Below, one piece after another: positions 1 through 9,685 of a DNA stretch of 57,619 nt. Source of the DNA: an uncultured Bacilli bacterium (lineage in GTDB: Bacteria > Bacillota_I > Bacilli_A > RF39 > UBA660); the NCBI GenBank assembly GCA_947623935.1, contig CANQIE010000004.1, positions 1 to 57,619 of the forward strand. The letters run 5' to 3'. The notes under the pieces are model-generated. The model worked only from the letters and a program-made list of their open reading frames with translations, ran no database searches and was not told the DNA's origin. Numbering within the stretch: the stretch's first letter is position 1; every line of letters starts with the position of its first letter. The translations under genes and the position numbers were made by a program.

Positions 1-55
1 CTATCATATTTTTTTAACTAGTTTTTTTATTGATGTCTACTCTAAGGGGTGCAGT

Positions 56-1153
56 TCATACATCAGAAGGCTTTTTCATACTTTCTTGAATTAATTCTCT
101 GTTCTTTAATAAACGTTTATCGTCTTTATTTAATAAAATAGCCTGTTCCACATTTTGGAGGGCTTTTTCTTTATCGCCTAAAGTAAAGTAACAAATGGAA
201 AGCAAATCATAAGGAGTACTATCCCAACTAAAAGGCTCATTCATGTAAATTTTTTCATGGTGTTTTATAGTTAAAGCCTTTTCAATATAGGAAATGACTT
301 GAGGATAATTTTTTAATTCATACTGTAAAAAGGCCATTTCCATGTAAGGATCTCTTAAATGAGGTGCTTCTTGAATGGCTTTCTCTAACCACATAATAGC
401 TTCATCATATCTTTTTAAAGCCATGTAACTTCTAGCAATAAAACGCATAGAGGCACATCTTTCTTCTTTCCAAGTAGCCTTTTTACAATGTAAGTGACGA
501 ATTAGTGTATCAATACAATCATTATAACGTTGATGGTACATGTATTCTCTTCCTAAATAGTGAAGATTCCGGTCATCACTAGGATCTTCTTTGACGGATA
601 ATTCAAGTAGAGGAAGATAACTACTACGCGATTTGGAAACATCAGGATAATGGTTTACGGTAATTAAATCCGTCTTTATTTTTTCTTCATGAGGTAGAGA
701 ACAGGTAAGTACTTCGTGTACTGGATGGGTCCATTTATATCCTTTTCGTGCATGTATCTTTTCAATATAGAAATTAACTCTAGGCTTTCCATAATCATCG
801 AAACTCCAATTATAATTATAAAGAAGTCTCGTTGTATTGTTTTTCCAAATCGATTCGAGATTTTTTCTCCATCCCTTTTCTAAGACTTCATCTAAGTCGA
901 TACAGACACATATGTCGGTATCCATGGGGACCATATCAAGCGATAAATTTCTTGCTACATCAAAACGAAAGGGCTCTATTTTCTTCTTTTTGACAATGGC
1001 TCCCCTTTTTCGTAATCGTTTTACGGTATTATCTGTAGAACCAGTATCTAAGACATAGACTTTGTCTGCTTCAAGTACACTATCCATGAAACGGTCTACA
1101 AACTTTTCTTCGTTTTTACTGATCGCATAAACACATATTTTCCTTTTCTTCAT
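56..1153 (-). CDS. Glycosyltransferase family 2 with C-terminal TPR repeats (probable spore collagen-like protein glycosyltransferase)
   Basis: N-terminal GT2 signature (CVYAISKNEE, VLDTGSTD, DxD motif DLDE, PVHE) followed by helical TPR-like repeats; SD GAGGAGG upstream. Confidence 0.85.
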   Translation of the reverse strand: MKKRKICVYAISKNEEKFVDRFMDSVLEADKVYVLDTGSTDNTVKRLRKRGAIVKKKKIEPFRFDVARNLSLDMVPMDTDICVCIDLDEVLEKGWRKNLESIWKNNTTRLLYNYNWSFDDYGKPRVNFYIEKIHARKGYKWTHPVHEVLTCSLPHEEKIKTDLITVNHYPDVSKSRSSYLPLLELSVKEDPSDDRNLHYLGREYMYHQRYNDCIDTLIRHLHCKKATWKEERCASMRFIARSYMALKRYDEAIMWLEKAIQEAPHLRDPYMEMAFLQYELKNYPQVISYIEKALTIKHHEKIYMNEPFSWDSTPYDLLSICYFTLGDKEKALQNVEQAILLNKDDKRLLKNRELIQESMKKPSDV

Positions 1154-1254
1154 GCTGTTTCCTCCTCGTATTATAATTTATGAAAGAAAAAAAGGAACGC
1201 TTATAGAAAATGTCCCTTATTTGGTTCCATGCATAAAATAAAAAAGGTGAAACT

Positions 1255-1767
1255 ATGATTTATACAGTTGTAGAAAAAGATTCTTTATATACGATTGCTA
1301 GAAAATTTAATGTAAGTGTAGACGAAATCAAAAAGGTAAATGGCCTTGATAACAATTTGTTACATATTGGTCAAAAGTTAAAGATTCCAAGCCCTGGTGA
1401 AACTCATGTGGGGCTCGATATTTGTGATACTGTTCATCCTTTAGATGATCCTTTATCGAGTGCTAAAAAATACCAAAATTACATCGTTCAGAAAAACGAT
1501 TCACTCTATCAGATTGCAAAAAAGTTTAATACGGATGTTGCTACGCTTATTCATTTAAACGACTTAGAAAATACACTTCTTCATGTGGGACAACTTTTAA
1601 AAATACCCAAAGAAAAAGAAGAAAGTTCTATTATTTATACCGTACAAAAAGGAGATAGTCTCTACGCTATTGCCAAAAAATACCATACCACGGTAGAGCA
1701 TTTACTTTCCTTAAATAAACTTTCTACTACGCTTTTAGAGCCCGGACAAAAACTACAAATATTTTAA
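1255..1767 (+). CDS. LysM-repeat protein (3 LysM domains)
   Basis: Three Y-x-V-x-K-x-D-SLY-x-IA-x-K...GQ-x-L-x-I repeats; no signal peptide. Confidence 0.9.
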   Translation: MIYTVVEKDSLYTIARKFNVSVDEIKKVNGLDNNLLHIGQKLKIPSPGETHVGLDICDTVHPLDDPLSSAKKYQNYIVQKNDSLYQIAKKFNTDVATLIHLNDLENTLLHVGQLLKIPKEKEESSIIYTVQKGDSLYAIAKKYHTTVEHLLSLNKLSTTLLEPGQKLQIF

Positions 1768-3119
1768 TCTACTTCTTTAATCTGATTCACGATGTAACGC
1801 CACTCTAAAGGACCTGTTACCCCATTCATTTCAATTTTTAGTCGTCTTTGTACTTCTTTAATCACTGTTTCTGTCTTACTATCATAACAGCCACTGGATT
1901 CTGTGCTAGGAAAAGTAGGATCTTGTTTATGTAGCTTTTGTATCATTTTTTGAAGCGCTTCAACATCACTTCCTTGCATCCCCAAAGAAAGAAATCGTCC
2001 GGGATAAATGTAGTCTTTATAAACTAAAACTTCTTCCGGTAAATGATTTAAAATGTTGAGATAAACTTCTTCCATTTTATTCCAGGTTATGGTATCGACT
2101 ATTCCTGTTTTAGGAAGCCTATAAGTATCTTGAAAAGCCATTACCATTGTTTTAGTGTTTTTATCAAAAACAGAGTTTACTTCCAAAAGTGGAATATCTG
2201 GATTGAAATAAGCAATCACTTTCAAATAATAATGAAGGCCACTTACTTCTGGACCAGTAGATCCTTCCTGTTGTTCTAATTCGTATTTGAGTTGTAACTC
2301 TTCTTCTTTAATTCCTTCTGAATAGAGGTCTGAAAGTTTTTTGACACTATTGTAGAGATACTTTATTTTATACCAAGTAGATTTATCGATAATGCCTGTA
2401 ACTTCTAAATTAAAAATATCTTGAAAAGTGCGAATGGCATTCTCCGTCACAATATCGAAAAACTCATGTACCTCCGTAAAAAAAGGAAGCGCTGGATAGT
2501 TATTTCGAATGCGATTTAATTGCCTTTTAATAATACGGATATGCTCACTCATATCGCCTAGTTTTAAAGGTTCTCCTGGATAAGAAGCAATCGAAGGGGC
2601 TACTTTAGCATCTTCAATAATCGTAATGTCACTCCCATAATAATACTTTAAAATCTCTAAAGAGGTCTTTCCTTGTTCTGCTAATTCTTCACTTTGCCAT
2701 TGTAAAAGGCCTTTGCAAGTGGAGGTTTTGCCATCACAGTATTCGGCAAAAAAAGGTTGTATTTGATGATTCTTCACTAAATAGTTATTGAAAAGATGAT
2801 CGACCATTTTACTAACATTTTCATAGATAGAACGGTTTTCAATATATTGCTGGTCAACAGAAGACTGATTGGTAATATCAAAATCATAACCTTTAGAAGG
2901 ATACCATTCTAGATAAATACGATTTAAGGTAAAAGAAATAATTGCTAAAATGTTTGCTTCCAAAGCATTTTCATGCCAAGAAGGATAAAGTTCACTACAA
3001 GCTACATTTTTAATATAACTGATAAAGGGAATCCGTTTGTTCTTGGCTTCTTCATCAGGGAGTCCTAAATGAACCGTAATATCATTAGGAATGACAGGGG
3101 TGGTCACTTGTCTATTCAT
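1764..3119 (-). CDS. SleC-like spore cortex-lytic enzyme (SpoIID-type catalytic domain plus peptidoglycan-binding domains)
   Basis: ITVHLG...YIKNVACSELYPSW...FTLNRIYLEWY...YDFDIT...YCDG...LEILKYYYG as in clostridial SleC, followed by three PG_binding_1-like repeats (e.g. AIRTFQDIFNLEVTGIID). Confidence 0.8.
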   Translation of the reverse strand: MNRQVTTPVIPNDITVHLGLPDEEAKNKRIPFISYIKNVACSELYPSWHENALEANILAIISFTLNRIYLEWYPSKGYDFDITNQSSVDQQYIENRSIYENVSKMVDHLFNNYLVKNHQIQPFFAEYCDGKTSTCKGLLQWQSEELAEQGKTSLEILKYYYGSDITIIEDAKVAPSIASYPGEPLKLGDMSEHIRIIKRQLNRIRNNYPALPFFTEVHEFFDIVTENAIRTFQDIFNLEVTGIIDKSTWYKIKYLYNSVKKLSDLYSEGIKEEELQLKYELEQQEGSTGPEVSGLHYYLKVIAYFNPDIPLLEVNSVFDKNTKTMVMAFQDTYRLPKTGIVDTITWNKMEEVYLNILNHLPEEVLVYKDYIYPGRFLSLGMQGSDVEALQKMIQKLHKQDPTFPSTESSGCYDSKTETVIKEVQRRLKIEMNGVTGPLEWRYIVNQIKEVD

Positions 3120-3663
3120 AAGGTGCCTCCCTAGGAATCATATCCATTTCTAAAAAGGTCGTAACTTGGTCGTACATCTTAGCATAATAGGTTCCTAAAG
3201 AGCGATATTTCTCACTAACTGCCTCTACTAGATAATCTGTACTAGTAGGGTCTTCCTTACTTCTTACTAAAGTGGGTAAAGCGATTGGATTCACTAATCC
3301 ACTTTCGTTAGTTTCACCTTCAAAAAAGATAAATTTTTTCTGATTGATTTCTTTTGAAACAACGATTTTTATTTTATTCAAAGGAATCATTCCTTGAGCA
3401 AGAGTCGTCTTTACTCGTAAAAAGCCATTTCCTTTATGTTCTTCAATAAAATGTTCATACGACTGATAATTAGAAGTTAGATTTTCTTCTTTTAAAGGGA
3501 GTCTAATCGTTAACTCTTGTCCTACTATAAGAAGAGAGGTGGATAAGTGATTTAAATACATGATCTGATCGACAGAGGTTTGATATTTTTGCGCAATGGA
3601 ATAAAGGGTATCTCCTTTTTGCACCGTATAAGTTATCTTTTTAAAAAAATCATTTTCGTTCAT
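3112..3663 (-). CDS. LysM domain fused to a beta-sandwich resembling the SleC N-terminal pre-pro region
   Basis: N-terminal LysM (YTVQKGDTLYSIAQKY); C-terminal GFLRVKTTLAQGMIPL...GETNESGLVNPIALP; 8-bp overlap with the start of the SleC-like gene. Confidence 0.65.
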   Translation of the reverse strand: MNENDFFKKITYTVQKGDTLYSIAQKYQTSVDQIMYLNHLSTSLLIVGQELTIRLPLKEENLTSNYQSYEHFIEEHKGNGFLRVKTTLAQGMIPLNKIKIVVSKEINQKKFIFFEGETNESGLVNPIALPTLVRSKEDPTSTDYLVEAVSEKYRSLGTYYAKMYDQVTTFLEMDMIPREAPYE

Positions 3664-3734
3664 TTTTTCATCCTCAATAAAAGTGTATGTTTAAAAAAAG
3701 AAAACTTCTACCTTTTTAGATAGAAGCTTTAGAA

Positions 3735-4610
3735 TCAATCTAAGTATTCGAAAATGACCGAAACTAAAGGATTGGCTACATAGGAACGGGTGTTAATATT
3801 ATCAATGCTAGGACTTTTCAAATAAATAGTCCCTTTCGATAAGTTCACTAATTCGACTTGTTGACTCACATCACTAATGACAAAGAGGCCTTGACCTACT
3901 AATTGGGTAATTTGACTATCGTAAATAAACCTACTAGATCCAGCATAGATCGTTTCTTCTCCTACTCTTCGTAAACCAATAGACACAATATCCGTTTGTT
4001 CATCAAAAGAGCTACTAGAATTGACATAGGCATTGACGATAAAAGTGACTTTATAAACACCTTCTTTGGAAAATTGAATTAGGCCGGAAGTACTTGTCAA
4101 GTTGTATTGGTTGGTGTTATCAAGTTCTTCTCTCGTGATAGGAATTCTTCCATTAGCATTTACTTCGTATCCTTCAGGAGAGACATTGTTGTTGTAGGTT
4201 GTGAAATAAGCCATACTGATGACTTGTGGACCTGTTGGCCCTGTGGGTCCCATAGGTCCTTCCGGTCCTCTTAAACCAGGATCCCCTTTTTCACCTTGCT
4301 GTCCCATAGGTCCCTCTGGCCCTATAAGTCCTTGCTCACCCTGTTCTCCTTTTTCTCCAGTATCTCCCTTTTCTCCCTTAGGTCCCTGAATCTTTCCTAC
4401 ATTCTGCCAATGGTCCGTATTCCATACATACAAATCACCATTTACTAAATAAGATTCTCCTGTAACGCCTTCTGGATGTGCATCTTCTAAATCCGATACA
4501 TCATCGTATGAACCTTGAATACTTACCGCACTTCCTTCTGGTCCTCTAGGCCCTGTTGGGCCTTGTGGAATCGTAAGATTTAAAAGATAATTTCTAACAT
4601 TTTGATCCAT
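3735..4610 (-). CDS. Collagen-like (Gly-X-Y) protein with C-terminal beta-rich BclA-like domain
   Basis: About 18 consecutive GXY triplets ([16 protein letters not shown]...GPTGPTGPQ) followed by a ~160-aa globular domain. Confidence 0.8.
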   Translation of the reverse strand: MDQNVRNYLLNLTIPQGPTGPRGPEGSAVSIQGSYDDVSDLEDAHPEGVTGESYLVNGDLYVWNTDHWQNVGKIQGPKGEKGDTGEKGEQGEQGLIGPEGPMGQQGEKGDPGLRGPEGPMGPTGPTGPQVISMAYFTTYNNNVSPEGYEVNANGRIPITREELDNTNQYNLTSTSGLIQFSKEGVYKVTFIVNAYVNSSSSFDEQTDIVSIGLRRVGEETIYAGSSRFIYDSQITQLVGQGLFVISDVSQQVELVNLSKGTIYLKSPSIDNINTRSYVANPLVSVIFEYLD

Positions 4611-4634
4611 GGTAGAACAACCTCTTAAAGACGA

Positions 4635-5075
4635 TTACGCATTATCTCCGGTAGGTCCTGTAGGTCCTTGAGGCAACGTTAAATTAAGTAAGTAATCCGT
4701 TCCTTGCAAAACGATTTCAGCCGAAGCATCTTCTCCTGGACCAGTCGTGGTAACTGTTCCAATTCGTAAAGTCGGCATAGCTCCTTCCGGAATCGTAAAG
4801 TTTAAAACAGCCGCATTTTCAGTCCCTACATTTTCCACTGCTGCAGGTGTTCCAGCCGTGGCAGTCGTAACTGTTCCAACCGAGATTGTAGCGGCATCTC
4901 CGGTTGGTCCTGTAGGCCCCGTTGGTCCAGTTGGTCCAACAAAACCCATTCCAGGAAGGCCTTGCGGTCCTGTTGGTCCCGTTGCCCCTGTTGGTCCTGC
5001 TATAAAGCAGAAAGGTGGAAATGGACGTTGATTTGATTCATTATTATTACAATTCATATTCATAACTCCTTTCAC
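4635..5075 (-). CDS. Short collagen-like protein (GPT repeats), probably spore surface
   Basis: GPTGATGPTG and [10 protein letters not shown] runs plus two TISVGTVTT...LNFTIP-type spacer modules; true start probably at 5063 after SD AAGGAG. Confidence 0.75.
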   Translation of the reverse strand: MKGVMNMNCNNNESNQRPFPPFCFIAGPTGATGPTGPQGLPGMGFVGPTGPTGPTGPTGDAATISVGTVTTATAGTPAAVENVGTENAAVLNFTIPEGAMPTLRIGTVTTTGPGEDASAEIVLQGTDYLLNLTLPQGPTGPTGDNA

Positions 5076-5117
5076 CCGTAATATATGAGGGACGAAAGTT
5101 TTTTCTTATTACATCAG

Positions 5118-5594
5118 TCACTGTTTCACTAAATTATTTTCTATTTCTTTCACATTACTCCTACCAATGAGCCAATCCATAGAATAACCATACTTCTCTG
5201 CTAATTTCTTTAACATTAATGTTTGCATATAATTTTTACGACGAGGATTTTTATATTCCGAATACGTTGTATTTTGAATACCTAATACTTTAGCGATTTT
5301 TCTTCCGTTAACGTGTTGTTCTTTTTCTAAAATATCTAAACGACTTGCCATAATGTTCTTATCGATGGTAGCCATCTTGATTAAGTGATCGCATCTATTG
5401 ATATCGGTAAGACGACATACATAATCCATACTTAAGTTTAATGCTTCACAATAATAGAAAAGTTTGAGTAGTTTAATATTCGCAATTTCCGCTTCAATAT
5501 TAGCATATCCACCTCTACTCACATGCATGTATCCTGCTACTTCTACTTGTTTTAAATCTCTATTATCTCTAATCTCCTTAAACCGGTATTCCAT
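5118..5594 (-). CDS. Tandem XRE-family helix-turn-helix regulator (two HTH domains)
   Basis: RFKEIRDNRDLKQVEVA...SMDYV and KIAKVLGIQNTTYSEY...YSMDWLIGR repeats. Confidence 0.75.
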   Translation of the reverse strand: MEYRFKEIRDNRDLKQVEVAGYMHVSRGGYANIEAEIANIKLLKLFYYCEALNLSMDYVCRLTDINRCDHLIKMATIDKNIMASRLDILEKEQHVNGRKIAKVLGIQNTTYSEYKNPRRKNYMQTLMLKKLAEKYGYSMDWLIGRSNVKEIENNLVKQ

Positions 5595-5735
5595 CGTACA
5601 TCACCTATTATCATTTTTACATGAAAACTTGGTAAATTTTTCCTTTGCAAATTAATATGAAACAGCACTTTTTTAATTTTTTTCTATATAAAAATATCCT
5701 TTTCTTTTCAAAGAGCTTTATTTTCTTAATAAAAT

Positions 5736-5784
5736 AAAAAGAAAGCACAAGTTAACTATTTGTAAACCTATGCTTTCTTTTTTT
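5736..5784. terminator. Probable intrinsic terminator hairpin (bidirectional)
   Basis: AAAAAGAAAGCA...TGCTTTCTTTTT inverted repeat with A/T tails, downstream of 5865..6752. Confidence 0.5.
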
Positions 5785-5864
5785 AAATAGTATAAATTAA
5801 TTTTTTTAAATTTGATTCTTTTCTTTTCATGTTCGTCCTCTAGAAACATTTAATCTTAAGACTT

Positions 5865-6752
5865 TTACTTCTTTTTCCTTTTCATATAGACATAATTTTG
5901 TAATTCGGGATGACTTCTAAAAAAGGAATCTTTTTCTTTCTCTTTCTCCATTCCTTCAAATAAGTCTTTTACCAAATACTGATTTAAGAACTGATTCATA
6001 GTGCTTCCTTCAAAAAAAGGGGACTTCATCACTTCGATATTATGCATCATAATTCCAGATAAAAGAGCTTTTTTAGAGAGCAAAAGATTTGCTTCTTGAT
6101 CGTATAGCCACGTAACAGGTTCTACTTTTAGATAATAGATTTGCCCTTTAGCAATAACACGACCTAATGTAAGATGAACAGGAAAAGATCGAGGGGCACA
6201 AAAACGAATATATTTTTCGTCTTTCCTCTGATCCAATTTGGTATATTCCTCCATTTGAATTAATTCAAGATAAGTATCCGATCCTATATTCTTATTTATC
6301 GTATAAGTTTTTCCCGTAGGAACTAACGATCCTTCTTGATACCTTTTTTCTAGTTCATCGTTTTCGTTCTCTGATACTGCATATTGAGGATAACTTCCAT
6401 AATTTACATTTAGAACTCCTAAATCATCCCTATATCCTTTTTTTAAAACTTCTTCCATTCCTACAAAAGGTAAAAGAAGAGGTCTTATGGCAGGAATTTT
6501 ATTTTGAGGAAATTCGTTAAATGCATAAGCCCAAGTATCGGAAATATAGATAGGCTCGCAAACGGAGGAAGAAAAACGATAAATGGTACTGGTCCAATAC
6601 TTGGTTGTTCTATCATTGTAATTACCCACAGATCCCCCTGTCAAAGCAACTAAATCGGTTCCAGAACAAAAGGCTCCATGTTTCTCTATAATCGATAATT
6701 TATTGAGCATAATTTGGTCATCACTAGGTAAAGTAAGATGATAACAATTCAT
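5865..6752 (-). CDS. Hypothetical protein, DUF6273-like
   Basis: Motifs YWTST, AIRPLL, YGSYPQ, KVEPVTW, LLLSKKAL, STMNQFLN; SD AGGGGG. Confidence 0.5.
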   Translation of the reverse strand: MNCYHLTLPSDDQIMLNKLSIIEKHGAFCSGTDLVALTGGSVGNYNDRTTKYWTSTIYRFSSSVCEPIYISDTWAYAFNEFPQNKIPAIRPLLLPFVGMEEVLKKGYRDDLGVLNVNYGSYPQYAVSENENDELEKRYQEGSLVPTGKTYTINKNIGSDTYLELIQMEEYTKLDQRKDEKYIRFCAPRSFPVHLTLGRVIAKGQIYYLKVEPVTWLYDQEANLLLSKKALLSGIMMHNIEVMKSPFFEGSTMNQFLNQYLVKDLFEGMEKEKEKDSFFRSHPELQNYVYMKRKKK

Positions 6753-6825
6753 TTTAGATTCCCCCTAAAACTTCCTTTATTCTAACATAAGCCTTCTTTT
6801 TGCGCAAGAAAAAAGGACTCATCAT

Positions 6826-7632
6826 TTAGTCCTCTTCTCTTACATTAAAGGCCATACCTAATACAAAAATATAGGCTAATAGGTAAACCCAAAACATAAG
6901 AATCAAAATATTAGCAATACTTCCATAAAAGACATCGTAATTCATAAACATATCCACATAGATGGAGTAAATTTCTGTTGCAATCAACCATCCAAAAGAG
7001 GCCACTAAAGCACCCGGTGTCATCTCTTTTGCTTTTACCTTTCCATCAGGCGCTAGGAAATAAAGGGCTTTGATTAAAAGATAAATCAAGAAGAGCGATA
7101 AAGGGTATTTTAAAAAATGATAAACCGTTAGAACAAAGGAATTAATTTTGGCATTGGATATAAAGAGTAAAATGGAGTTTACGATTTGATCTCCAAAAGC
7201 GGGTACCAATAAGACAAAAACCAACAAGAGTACTAAGATAATGGTCATAAGCAAGGCTTTAGCTCTTGAAAGTAAGTAATTTTTATCTTCGAAATGGTAG
7301 ATACTATTCGAAGCAATAATCATGGAATGAGTCCCATTGGAAGCAAGAAGTAAAGCAGACGCATAGAAAATTATCATGTTCACTCCTACTTCTTTAGCGG
7401 TTAGAATAGGTAAAATCATATCGACCACTTGGGAAGGAATGACTTTCGACAGAGTCACTTCTAACTCTGCTAGAGGAATCTGAAACTGTCCTGCAATAGA
7501 ACCAATAATAGCAACTAATGGAATTATCGATAAGACAAAGAAAAAGGCGAGTTGTCCTGGAAGAATGCGCATCTCAGGTCTTAAAATCGTCTTTACTACT
7601 TTCTCTATAAAACGCTGGATACGCTTCTTCAA
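6826..7632 (-). CDS. YihY/virulence factor BrkB family membrane protein
   Basis: QLAFFFVLSIIP, PGALVA, YGSIANILILMFWVYL motifs; about 6 TM segments. Confidence 0.9.
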   Translation of the reverse strand: MKKRIQRFIEKVVKTILRPEMRILPGQLAFFFVLSIIPLVAIIGSIAGQFQIPLAELEVTLSKVIPSQVVDMILPILTAKEVGVNMIIFYASALLLASNGTHSMIIASNSIYHFEDKNYLLSRAKALLMTIILVLLLVFVLLVPAFGDQIVNSILLFISNAKINSFVLTVYHFLKYPLSLFLIYLLIKALYFLAPDGKVKAKEMTPGALVASFGWLIATEIYSIYVDMFMNYDVFYGSIANILILMFWVYLLAYIFVLGMAFNVREED

Positions 7633-7648
7633 GGTCTCATCCTTCTTT

Positions 7649-9685
7649 CTATTTTTCTTCTTTGTGCTCTCTCATAGCAAGGGTTGCTTCGTTAATCGCA
7701 TCATCAATTAATTTGATATCATCGGTAATCATACTATAACCAATCGCAGCCCCAAATCCATGTGGTAATTCTTTTAATTCTTTGGTTAGCTTTTTCGTAT
7801 AAGTAATTACTTGTTGTTCACTATAACCTACTAAATAAATTAAGAACTCATTTCCATCGGTTCTAATGATCTCACTATTTTCAAGTTGGGTATTTACTAA
7901 GATACCAGCAGCCTTGATAATGAGTTCATCTCCTGCTTCATGTCCATAATTATCGTTTACGTATTTAACGTTATTCAAATCAATAATCACAATCGATTGA
8001 GGATATACCTGGTTTTCATCCCAAGAAGCAATATTTAAGTTCAAATAATTACGGTTCTTAAGAGAGGTCAACATATCGGTATATTTTCTACGATCTTCTT
8101 TACGTACTTCTTTAACTTTCTTTTTCTTCTTTAAGAATAAGTATAAAGCAAGGAGTACTAGTAAAGGTAATAGAATTGCTCCTAAGACAATGAAGTATAA
8201 CTGTTCAAACGTCGTACGTTCTAACAAGGTCTTATTTAAGTTATTAAGTCCCGTATTACGGTAGTTATAGTAAGAATTCGTATTAATGATGTGGTTAAAC
8301 AATTGATAGAAGGTATCGTCTTCGGTCTTTACCATAAACTTGTAATCGTTTGTCATATAGTTTTCATATAACACTTCGTAATCTTTGAAAATCGTATTGC
8401 GGTTATACAAATAAATTTCACGATCTACCACGATTAAATTGTCGTTTGATGTTAATTCATTGATGGATGTAAATTCTTGGATATTTGCTCTACTATTGTC
8501 TTTAAAGTAATTAAACAATGCATCGTTTTTGATCATGTTGATTTTACTTCCTTTAAGACTTTCAAAAGAAGTAACGGTTTTTTCAAATGCTGTCTTTCCT
8601 AATACTACGTATTTTTCAATAAATGGTGATATGGTCTCGGTATAATGATCATTCGATGAATTATCATAATTGAAGTAGATATCTACTTCTCCTTGACTAA
8701 TGGCATTCTTTAGCTTTTCCATAGAATCATACTTACGATATGTAAATTCAATTCCAGTAAGTCTTGCCATACGTTCGATGTATTCACCAGCAATTCCTTC
8801 TACTTTGTTATCAATGGATACTTCGTATGGAGCATTTTCTACATATCCATAAATATAGTTTTTAGAAATTAGATCGGCTCTTGTTTTATCGTTGATGTTG
8901 TTTTGCTCAATATAGTAATTTAAATACGCTTTGTTGTAGGCACTTACATAATAATTCTTTTTCCAGCGATCAAAGTATTTCGATAAAATTTCGTTTAATC
9001 TTGCATCTTCTTCTTTATCGCTTAAAGAAAGTACAATCTTTTTACTTAATTCAGTAAAAGAATAATTAATCTTATAACCGGTCGTTTTGATGGTTTCTTC
9101 TAAGTAGGTGATCTTTGGCATAATCATCATGTCAATGGTTCCATTTTCAAGAGATGCACGCATCGCATCCATGGTATCATACGATTCAAGGGTAAGATTA
9201 CTGGCTGTTTTTAAGTAGTAACTAACTTCGGCATAATCACTTGTTAAAACACCAATGGTCTTGCTCTTGATATCGGAAATTGTATTGATTTTAGTATTGG
9301 TTTTAGAAACCAGAACATAATAATCTTCCGCAATTAAAATATCCTTATTTGTTAGAGTATCTTCATTGTTTAAAAGACGAATCCGATAACCATTACTTTG
9401 GGTAGAACTAGTGCTAAGATAAGGAAGTTTATTAAACTCTAAGCCTGTTGCACTTTCAAAATCGGCTAGGAATTGGAAAAGCACTCCACTTCCATTTATT
9501 CCAAATAAAGGTAAGTCATTGATAATTTCAAAATCGACCTTGGTACTCGAATGTTCTTCTAACCATCTTTTTTCGGTAACATTTAAACTCGTTTCACTAT
9601 CTTCGTAGTTAAAATAGTAAAAGACCCCTACAAAAGTAGCTAAGGCAATTAGAATCGGGATGATAATAAATAATTTCTTTTTCAT
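7649..9685 (-). CDS. Membrane sensor with tandem solute-binding (SBP_bac_3-like) domains and a degenerate GGDEF domain
   Basis: N-terminal TM, two SBP-like repeats, second TM, then DMLTSLKNR, DLNNVKYVNDNYGHEAGD and RTDGNEF in place of R-x-GGDEF. Confidence 0.8.
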   Translation of the reverse strand: MKKKLFIIIPILIALATFVGVFYYFNYEDSETSLNVTEKRWLEEHSSTKVDFEIINDLPLFGINGSGVLFQFLADFESATGLEFNKLPYLSTSSTQSNGYRIRLLNNEDTLTNKDILIAEDYYVLVSKTNTKINTISDIKSKTIGVLTSDYAEVSYYLKTASNLTLESYDTMDAMRASLENGTIDMMIMPKITYLEETIKTTGYKINYSFTELSKKIVLSLSDKEEDARLNEILSKYFDRWKKNYYVSAYNKAYLNYYIEQNNINDKTRADLISKNYIYGYVENAPYEVSIDNKVEGIAGEYIERMARLTGIEFTYRKYDSMEKLKNAISQGEVDIYFNYDNSSNDHYTETISPFIEKYVVLGKTAFEKTVTSFESLKGSKINMIKNDALFNYFKDNSRANIQEFTSINELTSNDNLIVVDREIYLYNRNTIFKDYEVLYENYMTNDYKFMVKTEDDTFYQLFNHIINTNSYYNYRNTGLNNLNKTLLERTTFEQLYFIVLGAILLPLLVLLALYLFLKKKKKVKEVRKEDRRKYTDMLTSLKNRNYLNLNIASWDENQVYPQSIVIIDLNNVKYVNDNYGHEAGDELIIKAAGILVNTQLENSEIIRTDGNEFLIYLVGYSEQQVITYTKKLTKELKELPHGFGAAIGYSMITDDIKLIDDAINEATLAMREHKEEK

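Noticed and set aside
5783-5830. 15-codon minus-strand ORF MKRKESNLKKLIYTI with a GAGGA upstream
   Set aside because: Too short, low complexity and without supporting features
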